Assembly (NCBI GenBank): GCA_947629265.1
Contig: CANRCZ010000008.1
Span: 14,751-46,750 of the forward strand
Direction: 5' to 3'
Source: an uncultured Bacilli bacterium
Lineage (GTDB): Bacteria; Bacillota_I; Bacilli_A; RF39; UBA660
DNA length: 32,000 nucleotides
Below the pieces are notes generated by a model, which was not told the origin of the DNA, did no database searches, and saw nothing but the letters and a program-made list of their open reading frames with translations. How positions within the stretch are numbered: the stretch's first letter is position 1; each line of letters begins with the position of its first letter. Below, piece after piece: positions 24,088 through 32,000 of this stretch. A program made the translations under genes and the position numbers.

Positions 24088-25983
24088 TTATTTTTTTAGT
24101 ACCCATCTTTTTATTTCTCCTGAATTAGCTAATCTAGCTTCAGCAATTAATTCTAATTTATATTCATCGTCACTAGCCCATAGTTGATCAAATAATGCTT
24201 CAAACTCAGCTCCTAGATTTGTTGTCACGAAATTTCTAACTTTTGTCATATTTTCTTCATCAACTTGAGAAAGTCCCATTGTCGTAGCATATCTTTGAGC
24301 AGTATTTAATAATTCAATATCTGTTTCACTATAGCAATCATTAATCACATCATCTAATGTTATAACTGGTTGATCACAGAAACCTACAAATTCTTCGGTT
24401 ATATCTTCCCCAACTAAAGATCTCAACATTGCTGGTTTTCCTGTAGCATAGAGCATTTTAGAAGCCATTTCCCATTTTCTTGGATCGGCATTAGGTGTTT
24501 CACCGTTATATTCACTCCTTAATGTTTCACCATTTTTATAAGCTATATATGAATAAATGGCTGGATGAATGTTATTTTCCCTTGCCCATTTTAGCCATCC
24601 CTCGGTTGTTGTTTTTATATAAACATGTGCAAATCTATTAAATAGTGGTTCAGCTAATTGATTGGCTGACAAAGAATCTTTCATCTCGTTTCCAGCTGCG
24701 ACAATTCTTGCATTTTTTGGTAGTTGCCACATTCCATTTACCTCTCTATCTAAAACAATATTAAAAGCTATTCCTTGAATACTAGGTAAAGCATTTGTTA
24801 TTTCATCAAAGAAAACGATATGTAATTTATCGGGTTCGGCTTCACATTTAGTTTCTAGTTTTTTTAACCATGTAGGTTTAATATCGAACATTTCACCTGT
24901 TTGTTGATTATAAACGCTTTTGCCATTTAGACTTTCAGGTGTTGCATTTCTTAAATATATAATTACACTATCAGGGTCAATTTGCTTTACTCTTGCACTT
25001 TTCCCCTCACTTGATGCACCATGTAAAAATACGGCTACTCCACTTTCGATTGCCCCTTTAATAATTTCTTCTTCGCTTACTTGATCTAAATTTAATCCAT
25101 AAGGATTTCTTCTACCTTTTATCTGTTGTTTTTCTTCAAAAGTTTTCTTTTCTTTTGGTGATATTTGCACTATATCTTTTGCAAAATTATTATTTAAAAA
25201 ATCATACATCGCGGTCTTTTTAAAATCGCCATAATAATTACAATCATTGCAAAATCTTATTCCTGATGCGATTAAATTTTTACATAACATAATTTTAGCA
25301 TTACTATCAATATACCATTTAAGAGGAGATACCTCTATCCAAACTTGATTTCCATTTTTATATTTTTTCCCGTTTGAAAGTTCACGTTCATACTCACCTA
25401 TATAACACGTAGTTATATATTTTCTTCCATCGTATTCACATTCCCTATATTCCTCTACCCCATTATTAAATGGAGATGAATTCTTATTATTTTTTCTAAA
25501 ATTTCCTGTATATTTTCTTCCAGTTTCTTGTAATTGACCACAAAATAATGCTTTTTCCAATTCATGTTCCATAGATTCACTAACAGCATATTGTGGATAT
25601 TCTCCATATTCTATTTCAAGAAATCCATTTTTTCCCGTAACTCCGTTGTTCATTAGGATATTAATATCATCAGAAAATTTGAAGACAGGCCGAATTCCGC
25701 CTGTGTCAAAATCAGTAAAAACATTGTCATGTGAACCAGTCTCATTAACACTATCGACAGCTCCTTTAATATTAGTTGATGATAAATAATACCATCCCGC
25801 ACGACCTTTTAAAGATTTATCATAATCTACATGACTCCAATCATAACCATTTGCTCCTAAAATAATTGCAAAATCTGTCAATGCACACTTGCTACCCATA
25901 TCGCGTATTAACTCACTTTTATTAGGGCCAAAAACTTGGTCTGCAGTAAGTAATGTAAATTCACCATTTAAGTTAAAATTCAT
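24088..25983 (-). CDS. DUF6273-like N-terminal domain fused to a MoxR/AAA_5-type AAA+ ATPase
   Basis: I moved the start to the ATG at 25983 (MNFNLNGEF...; SD GAGGTG), giving 631 aa. N-terminal ~285 aa: LLTAD...TDFAIILGA...WYYLSS...GGIRPVF, EYGEYPQY, PLKWYID, FLNNNFAKDI. ATPase: Walker A GASSEGKS (24997-25020), Walker B IVFFDEI (24800-24819), sensor-1 RIVAAGNE, PLFNRF. Confidence 0.8.
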   Translation of the reverse strand: MNFNLNGEFTLLTADQVFGPNKSELIRDMGSKCALTDFAIILGANGYDWSHVDYDKSLKGRAGWYYLSSTNIKGAVDSVNETGSHDNVFTDFDTGGIRPVFKFSDDINILMNNGVTGKNGFLEIEYGEYPQYAVSESMEHELEKALFCGQLQETGRKYTGNFRKNNKNSSPFNNGVEEYRECEYDGRKYITTCYIGEYERELSNGKKYKNGNQVWIEVSPLKWYIDSNAKIMLCKNLIASGIRFCNDCNYYGDFKKTAMYDFLNNNFAKDIVQISPKEKKTFEEKQQIKGRRNPYGLNLDQVSEEEIIKGAIESGVAVFLHGASSEGKSARVKQIDPDSVIIYLRNATPESLNGKSVYNQQTGEMFDIKPTWLKKLETKCEAEPDKLHIVFFDEITNALPSIQGIAFNIVLDREVNGMWQLPKNARIVAAGNEMKDSLSANQLAEPLFNRFAHVYIKTTTEGWLKWARENNIHPAIYSYIAYKNGETLRSEYNGETPNADPRKWEMASKMLYATGKPAMLRSLVGEDITEEFVGFCDQPVITLDDVINDCYSETDIELLNTAQRYATTMGLSQVDEENMTKVRNFVTTNLGAEFEALFDQLWASDDEYKLELIAEARLANSGEIKRWVLKK

Positions 25984-25997
25984 ATTGCACCTCACTT

Positions 25998-26040
25998 TTT
26001 TTAAAATTATCTATGTTTAATATTGCTTTCATCATAAGTA
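25998..26040 (-). repeat. Relic copy of the 3' end and downstream spacer of the peptidase-VWA gene
   Basis: 19 nt, ttatctatgtttaatattg, are identical at 26007-26025 and 22773-22791 (the last codons and stop of 22773..23993). Flanking similarity is partial. Confidence 0.6.
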
Positions 26041-26068
26041 AATTTTAATTGGCCATATTTTAATACAC

Positions 26069-27169
26069 TTATTTTTTCAGTATCCTTTTTTTAGTTTTTC
26101 CTGAATTAGCAAGTCTAGCTTCAGCAATTAATTCTAATTTATATTCATCGGCACTAGCCCATAATTGATCAAATAATGCTTCAAACTCCGCTTCTAGATT
26201 TGTTATTACGAAATTTCTAACTTTTGCCATATTTTCTTCTTCTATTTGTTCTAAATCATCTTGTTCTTCTAGTTCATTGGATATTTTAGTTTTTGAACGT
26301 GATGATAACATATTATCACTAGCGATATCAAGTTTTTGATAAGTTTTGCTAGGAATTATTTCTTTAGCAAAACAATTATTTAAAAAGTAATATATTGTTG
26401 TATTTTTAAAGTCAACATCATCTATATCAAAGTCATCAAAGTCATAATATTCAATAAACTTTATACCAGAAGCTAGAGAAATATTGCTTAATACTATTTC
26501 GTCTTCTGTATCGATTAACCATTTAATTGGTTCTACTTTAATCCATTTTTTGTCTCCCTCATTACAAATTTCATAATTTGATAAAGTTTTAGAGTTATTT
26601 GCCTCTAGACATTCAACAAGTATGTATTTTTCACCCTTGTATTCATATTCACGATGCTCTCTTCCTTTAAATAAACCATCTTCCATTCTTATATCAGTAG
26701 TGTATGTCTTTCCAGTTTCATGTAATAGACCTAATTTATATCTTATAAATAGTTTGTTTGATAATTTTTTATCAACTACGTATTGAGGATATTCACCATA
26801 TTCTACTTGTAGTACGCCATCTGCTATCTCTTTTGGATTAGAATAATCATTAGGAAATTTATCTAATGGTATCGCTGGTCGAATGTTAAAATGATTACTA
26901 TCAAGAAAGCATCCCCATTGATTGTCATTAAAACAAGCTTCTACAACATATTTATCTTCATTAAAAGATCTAGTTGCCCAAGGACCAAAGAAAGTTTTAC
27001 GTTCATTTTTAGAGTCTGAGGTACTAACACCACCATCAGCTCCTAAAATAATAGCGAAATCAGATAATCGACTAATATATCCCAATTCTTTTATGATTTT
27101 TATTTGATCGTCTCCCCAAATTTCATCTGCAGTAAGTAATGTAAATTCACCATTTAAGTTAAAATTCAT
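26069..27169 (-). CDS. DUF6273-like protein, ATPase-less paralog of 24088..25983
   Basis: I moved the start to the ATG at 27169, giving 366 aa. The N-terminal ~20 aa and C-terminal ~55 aa (EENMAKVRNFVITNLEAEFEALFDQLWASADEYKLELIAEARLANSG) are nearly identical to the ATPase fusion. The central domain is a diverged DUF6273-like module (SDFAIILGA, NIRPAIPL, EYGEYPQY, PIKWLID, FLNNCFAKEI). There is no Walker motif. Confidence 0.8.
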   Translation of the reverse strand: MNFNLNGEFTLLTADEIWGDDQIKIIKELGYISRLSDFAIILGADGGVSTSDSKNERKTFFGPWATRSFNEDKYVVEACFNDNQWGCFLDSNHFNIRPAIPLDKFPNDYSNPKEIADGVLQVEYGEYPQYVVDKKLSNKLFIRYKLGLLHETGKTYTTDIRMEDGLFKGREHREYEYKGEKYILVECLEANNSKTLSNYEICNEGDKKWIKVEPIKWLIDTEDEIVLSNISLASGIKFIEYYDFDDFDIDDVDFKNTTIYYFLNNCFAKEIIPSKTYQKLDIASDNMLSSRSKTKISNELEEQDDLEQIEEENMAKVRNFVITNLEAEFEALFDQLWASADEYKLELIAEARLANSGKTKKRILKK

Positions 27170-27233
27170 ATTGCACCTCATTTCTCATATTATAACAAAT
27201 TAAGTTATCTAATAAATTTATTCTATTAATCGA

Positions 27234-27992
27234 TTATTTTTTTCTTTTTACTAATGTAGGACCTTTTTCTTCTAGAGTTTCTTTTATAATTTCGATACCA
27301 AGATCGTTATAACTATCTTTTAATTTTTCATCTAATTTACCTTGTTGATAGTATTTTAAATATTTTTCTTCATTGTATCCTAAATCAAAATAAAGATATA
27401 AATTACTATTTAAAGTATCTAATTGTTGTTTATCATCAACTTTTACAACCTTAAATTCTTTTTCATCAATTTTATTATTTTCTTGCTTTTTAATTTTTAA
27501 ATCTTCTAACACTTGTTTTTCTTCTAATAATTGTTTCTTTAAAAATTCAAGTTCATTATTAACACCTTTTTCTTCTTTTAAAGATCTTTTATATTGTCTA
27601 TATGTATCAAATTCAAGCAAAGCTGCAACTGGTAAAAATAAAATAGACGAAATCATACTAAGGAATTGACCACTACTAAAAGTACCAAATCTTGTATTTA
27701 TTTGAGTTGAAAATGAATTAGATCCTGTTAAACCGTAAAATAATAAATTAGCACCAACGGTTGTAATTAATAATGTCATAGGAAGAAAGAAAGGGATATA
27801 ATGTTTCATATTGTTCTTTTTATACAATCTACTTTTTCTTTCTAATTCTATTGATTTATCTTCTAACGTTTCGATTAAATTTTCTTGAACTAGTATATCA
27901 TCTAATCCATCATAATATTCTGCTACCTTTTTTTCACCGTTTTCATCAATTATTATTACTTTGTTATCAACATAGATATATTCTTTATTCAT
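27234..27992 (-). CDS. Two-TM membrane protein with C-terminal coiled-coil, first gene of the cassette
   Basis: 252 aa with SD GGAGAGG. TM helices IPFFLPMTLLITTVGANLLFYGL and FLSMISSILFLPVAALLEF are followed by the charged heptad-like stretch ELEFLKKQLLEEKQVLEDLKIKKQENNK. Confidence 0.75.
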   Translation of the reverse strand: MNKEYIYVDNKVIIIDENGEKKVAEYYDGLDDILVQENLIETLEDKSIELERKSRLYKKNNMKHYIPFFLPMTLLITTVGANLLFYGLTGSNSFSTQINTRFGTFSSGQFLSMISSILFLPVAALLEFDTYRQYKRSLKEEKGVNNELEFLKKQLLEEKQVLEDLKIKKQENNKIDEKEFKVVKVDDKQQLDTLNSNLYLYFDLGYNEEKYLKYYQQGKLDEKLKDSYNDLGIEIIKETLEEKGPTLVKRKK

Positions 27993-28017
27993 AAAATAAC
28001 CTCTCCTCGCGCCTAGT

Positions 28018-28026
28018 ATTATACCA
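28018..28026 (-). promoter_or_regulatory. Extended -10 promoter element for the five-gene cassette
   Basis: The minus strand reads TGgTATAAT. The -35 is weak (CTTTAA/TTTAAA). It lies between the pheT terminator and the SD of 27234..27992. Confidence 0.45.
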
Positions 28027-28073
28027 TAAATAACAAAAATTTAAAGTATTTTATATCCAAAAGTTTTAAAATA

Positions 28074-28100
28074 AATAAAAAAGTAGAATTTAATCCACTT
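28074..28100 (-). terminator. Rho-independent terminator of pheST
   Basis: The minus strand reads agtgga-ttaaat-tctact (6 bp, one G.U) followed by TTTTTTATTT. Confidence 0.5.
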
Positions 28101-28103
28101 TCA

Positions 28104-30479
28104 TTATTTACGTAATTTAGAATTGGTTTTGGTTTCAACCTCTTTAATTACCTTATTCATTAAATTAGTTATTTCATCATTTTGTAAAGTATGATCCATA
28201 TCTGATAAAGTTAATTTAAACGCTAATGACTTTTCATCTTCTGAAACATTTTCACCCTCGTATAAATCAAATAGTGAAATATTTGTAAGTAATTTACCAC
28301 AAGCTTTTTTAATAACATCCATAATATCTTTACTAGGTGTATCCTTTTTAGTTACAAACGCTAAATCTAAATTACTACTAGGATATTTAGATAGTTCCTT
28401 ATATTTAATATTACCCGTTTTAATTTCATATAACTTAGTCAAATTTAACTCTAAAACATAATTATCATCTTTACTTACCTTAGGATTTACCCTACCAAAG
28501 TAACCTAGTTTAGTACCATTTACGATAATTTCAGCACTGCGGTATGGATGCATATCACTAGGTATATTATCAGTTACACTAAAGGTATAGCGGTTATTTA
28601 ATCCTAAATAATTAAGCAAATTCTCTAAAATACCTTTAATAACATAGAAATCAACATTTATATTTTTATTCATCCAAGTAGTATTAACGTACTTACCTTG
28701 CATTAAAATACCTAATTTAAGATCTTCTTGATCAGTATCATAGTAAGTAGTACTTATTTCATATATCATGATATCTTGAATATCACGAGCTTTATTATAA
28801 TCAGCCACTTTAATTAAACTTGGAATAAGTGAACGTCTACATATACTTTTATCTAGACTCATCGGTTTATCTAGTTTAACTAATTCACCATCATCATATC
28901 TAAACATATTAGCTTCTTTAGGACTTACTAAAGTATAAGTTCTAACCTCATTTAAGCCTAAACCTCTTAAATGTCTTGATATATCCTTATAGTATTTAAT
29001 AAATGGTGAATAACTACCCTTTTTATCAGTTAAAACTGGTAATTTAGCTTCGATTTTTTCATAACCATAAAGTCTACCTACCTCTTCGATTAGATCTTCT
29101 TTAATAGCGACATCAAGTCTTCTATTAGGAATAGTTACAATGTAGTTATCGTCTTTATATTCGTAGTTAAAGCCTAAACGATCGAAAGCATCTTTAATAT
29201 CAGCATCGGTTATAGTAGTACCTAGTACCTTACATATTTTTTCTTTAGTTATAGTTGCTACTTTATCTTTTTTCTCTATTTCATCATAGATAACGGTATC
29301 TTTTAATATCTTAGCATCAGCATATTTTTCTAGTAAGTAACATGCTCTATTTAAAGCTTTTAAAGTGTATTCATAGTTTAATCCTCGTTCGTATCTAACA
29401 CTAGCTTCGCTTCTTAAATCGAGATTGATAGATGTATATCTGATATTGTATGGTTCAAAGATGGCACTTTCGATTAAGATCGTTTTAGTATTTTCATCGA
29501 CCTCAGTATTTTCACCACCCATAACTCCAGCGATACATATTGGTTTAGTTCCATCGGTTATGACGATATCATCTTTATTTAAAGTTCTCTCTTTAGAATC
29601 TAAAGTGATGATCTTTTCATTATCTTTAGCCATTCTAACTAGTATTTTATCTTTAACTTTGTCTTTATCGAAGAAATGAAGCGGTTGACCATATTCTAAC
29701 ATGACGTAGTTAGAAATATCGACAACGTTATTAATTGAACGCATACCAGCTGATTCCAGTCTTCTTTTAATAAAGGCTGGTGATTCTTTAATAACGACAT
29801 CGGTAGCCATTTTAGCGGTATAGTATTTACATTTATCAGTACCAATTTCCAATTTAAAATGGTTATTGATCGAATCATCTATTTCATGATAATCAGCATC
29901 TGGTAAGGTTACTTTTTTATTTAAAACTGCTGCTACCTCGTAGGCAAAACCGATATGATTAGTACAATCGATAGCGCGGTTTGGATTTAAGTCTAGGTTG
30001 TATAGTGCATCATTTAATCCTGCATAGATATTATAATCCATTCCCACTTGAGCATCATCATCTAATTCGCATATTCCTTTACTGTATGTTAAATCGTTTT
30101 TTTCTTCTAATCCTAATTCAAATAACGCACAGATCATACCTTTTGAGGTAACACCTCTAATCGTACTTTCTTTAATAACAAAATCACCTGGTAAGATAGC
30201 TCCTACTTTGGCGACGATTACTTTTAAACCCTCTCTTACATTAGAAGCTCCACAGACGATCTGTAAAGTTTCATCACCAATATCAACTTGACATACGTGT
30301 AAGTGATCACTATCAGGATGGTTTTTAACCTCTTTAATTAAACCGATAACGAGATTATCGATCCTTTTATTTAAGACAGCTTCAACGTTGACACCAGCAT
30401 TAGTAATTTTAGTTGCTAAGTCGTTTAAGTCAACACCATCTAAATCGACATATTCGCCAACCCAGTCCATGTTTATCAT
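28104..30479 (-). CDS. pheT: Phenylalanine--tRNA ligase beta subunit
   Basis: 791 aa with an N-terminal tRNA-binding OB domain, B3/4, B5 and a C-terminal anticodon-binding-like domain. The ATG overlaps the pheS TGA (ATGA at 30476-30479). Confidence 0.95.
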   Translation of the reverse strand: MINMDWVGEYVDLDGVDLNDLATKITNAGVNVEAVLNKRIDNLVIGLIKEVKNHPDSDHLHVCQVDIGDETLQIVCGASNVREGLKVIVAKVGAILPGDFVIKESTIRGVTSKGMICALFELGLEEKNDLTYSKGICELDDDAQVGMDYNIYAGLNDALYNLDLNPNRAIDCTNHIGFAYEVAAVLNKKVTLPDADYHEIDDSINNHFKLEIGTDKCKYYTAKMATDVVIKESPAFIKRRLESAGMRSINNVVDISNYVMLEYGQPLHFFDKDKVKDKILVRMAKDNEKIITLDSKERTLNKDDIVITDGTKPICIAGVMGGENTEVDENTKTILIESAIFEPYNIRYTSINLDLRSEASVRYERGLNYEYTLKALNRACYLLEKYADAKILKDTVIYDEIEKKDKVATITKEKICKVLGTTITDADIKDAFDRLGFNYEYKDDNYIVTIPNRRLDVAIKEDLIEEVGRLYGYEKIEAKLPVLTDKKGSYSPFIKYYKDISRHLRGLGLNEVRTYTLVSPKEANMFRYDDGELVKLDKPMSLDKSICRRSLIPSLIKVADYNKARDIQDIMIYEISTTYYDTDQEDLKLGILMQGKYVNTTWMNKNINVDFYVIKGILENLLNYLGLNNRYTFSVTDNIPSDMHPYRSAEIIVNGTKLGYFGRVNPKVSKDDNYVLELNLTKLYEIKTGNIKYKELSKYPSSNLDLAFVTKKDTPSKDIMDVIKKACGKLLTNISLFDLYEGENVSEDEKSLAFKLTLSDMDHTLQNDEITNLMNKVIKEVETKTNSKLRK

Positions 30480-31519
30480 ATATTTTCCCTCCTATTAAAG
30501 GTATCACAGTTTCTTAAGTCATTTAAGTAAAATGTTCTTACATCTTTAATACCATATTTTAACATTGCTAATCTCTCAGCTCCAAAGCCAAAAGCAAATC
30601 CTGTCCATTTTTCACTATCGTATCCACAGTTATTTAAAACGTTAGGATGAACGATACCAGCTCCACCGACGGTAATCCAACCGGTTTCTTTACAGATATT
30701 GCATCCTTTACCACCGCAGTTAAAACATGATATATCAAGTTCTACTGATGGTTCAGTAAAAGGATAAAATGATGATCTAAAACGAGCTTTAACGTTTTCA
30801 CCGAATAATTTTTTAGCGATTATTTCAAAGGTAGCTTTTAAATTAGCGAGTGAAATATCTTTATCGACTAATAATCCCTCAATTTGGGTAAATTGATGAG
30901 AATGGGTAGCATCATCATCATCTCGACGATAAGTTTTACCAGGACAGATTATTCTGATTGGTGTTTTTTCTTTATTCGCTAGCATCGTTCTAATTTGAAC
31001 TGGCGATGTTTGACTACGTAGTAATAATTCATCAGTTATATAGAAAGTATCTTGTGCATCTCTAGCGGGATGCCCTTTAGGTAGATTTAATAGTTCAAAG
31101 TTATATAGATCCTTTTCAACCTCAGGACCAGATTCGACATCGTAACCCATCGAAATCATAAGTTCTTCGACCTCTTCGATCATCTTTTCTAAAATATGAG
31201 GACTACCACTTTTGATTTCTAAACCTGGTAAGGTAATATCTATCTTTTCGTTTTCTAGTTTTTTATTAAGTTCTTCTTCTTCGATTTTTGATTGTAATTC
31301 TTCTAAAAGAACGGTTACGTCTTCTTTAAATTTGTTGATTAAACTACCTATTTCTTTTTTTTCTTCTAAGGTTAAATCTTTCATATTAGCGGTAAGGGCT
31401 GTAACACAACCTTTTTTACCTAAATACTCTGTTTTTAAGTCGTTTAATTGTTTTAAGGTTTTAACCTCTTTAATTTTATCTTGTAATTGTTCTTGTAAAC
31501 TTTTTATTTTATCTTTCAT
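30476..31519 (-). CDS. pheS: Phenylalanine--tRNA ligase alpha subunit
   Basis: 347 aa with an N-terminal coiled-coil and class II core motifs: HPARDAQDTFY, RSQTSPVQIR, FRSSFYPFTEPS, GFAFGFGAERLAML. Confidence 0.95.
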   Translation of the reverse strand: MKDKIKSLQEQLQDKIKEVKTLKQLNDLKTEYLGKKGCVTALTANMKDLTLEEKKEIGSLINKFKEDVTVLLEELQSKIEEEELNKKLENEKIDITLPGLEIKSGSPHILEKMIEEVEELMISMGYDVESGPEVEKDLYNFELLNLPKGHPARDAQDTFYITDELLLRSQTSPVQIRTMLANKEKTPIRIICPGKTYRRDDDDATHSHQFTQIEGLLVDKDISLANLKATFEIIAKKLFGENVKARFRSSFYPFTEPSVELDISCFNCGGKGCNICKETGWITVGGAGIVHPNVLNNCGYDSEKWTGFAFGFGAERLAMLKYGIKDVRTFYLNDLRNCDTFNRRENI

Positions 31520-32000
31520 CTATACCATCCTTATCTTTTAAAGCTGACCAGTTATCTCTTATACCAGTAGCGTTATCATCATCTGTTTTTAAGTAATTTA
31601 TAAAAACGCCTTGAACATATGCTTCACCTTGTTTTAAGGTTACAGTTTCTTTTCCTTGATTTTGTAAGGAAACTATCATATGTCCCTCGTTTTTTTTATT
31701 GTTATAAAAATCACTATCGATAAGACCTATTTGATTAGTTAGTCTTAAATTATATTTAAAACCAAGGGAACTCCTTATGATCAATAATAAGGCTTCATCA
31801 CTTTGATAGTAAGATTTATAACCGGTTGGAATTTTAACGATTTCGTTTGGTTTAATAGTTATATCTTTAATTAAAAAGAAATCGTATCCCGCTGATTGGC
31901 TAGTGCTTCTTTTAGGTAAGATATAACTATTATATAACTTTATATCGTCTTCGATATCGTTTTTAAATTGTTCAAACGATATTTTTTCAAAGCCTCTCAT
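31509..32000 (-). CDS. dut: dUTP diphosphatase-like (trimeric dUTPase superfamily)
   Basis: 163 aa. The ATG coincides with the last three bases of the window, so the true start could lie further upstream. Motifs: SAGYDFF, IRSSLG, GLIDSDFY. The C-terminal glycine-rich motif is not obvious. It overlaps the pheS start by 11 nt. Confidence 0.7.
   Translation of the reverse strand: MRGFEKISFEQFKNDIEDDIKLYNSYILPKRSTSQSAGYDFFLIKDITIKPNEIVKIPTGYKSYYQSDEALLLIIRSSLGFKYNLRLTNQIGLIDSDFYNNKKNEGHMIVSLQNQGKETVTLKQGEAYVQGVFINYLKTDDDNATGIRDNWSALKDKDGIDER

Noticed and set aside
25984-25995. Track start MRCNM for the ATPase fusion (and the same at 27170..27181 for its paralog)
   Set aside because: The extra codons are the SD itself (GAGGTGCAAT). 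The ATG 5 nt downstream of GAGGTG is the plausible start in both genes.

Overview
AT-rich (roughly 30% GC by eye) Firmicutes-type chromosomal window. It uses the standard genetic code (TGA is the pheS stop, TGG is Trp) and is transcribed almost entirely on the minus strand. The housekeeping backbone is dut-pheS-pheT, a probable OLE RNA-oapA locus, an RNase J paralog with a degenerate metal site, tRNA-Ile, an ABC-F ATPase, rnhC, cvpA-trxA, rpsO-pnp, a cytoplasmic hybrid histidine kinase and an adenylate-forming ligase. Three accessory segments interrupt this backbone. (1) 22.16-28.05 kb holds a five-gene minus-strand cassette with its own promoter, wedged between the pheT terminator and the OLE promoter. 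It encodes a 2-TM coiled-coil protein, a DUF6273-like protein, a DUF6273-like::MoxR-type AAA+ fusion, an HExxH-peptidase/VWA protein and a small unassigned protein. This is my best candidate for an undescribed conflict or defence-type system. (2) 11.8-17.2 kb is an island carrying an orphan 252-aa protein and a ~422-bp tandem array that looks like type I toxin-antitoxin modules (two 27-aa hydrophobic peptides, three convergent antisense promoter/terminator units). It also carries a 632-aa protein with six HTH-like repeats fused to a sigma-70-like C-terminus, a divergent tRNA-Thr and a GH25 muramidase. (3) 4.2-7.0 kb is a tandemly duplicated divergent module: a membrane-anchored extracytoplasmic protein paired with a double-HTH XRE regulator, with mosaic conservation. 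No CRISPR array, transposase, integrase or rRNA is visible. All calls come from reading the sequence and ORF track; no database search was possible.
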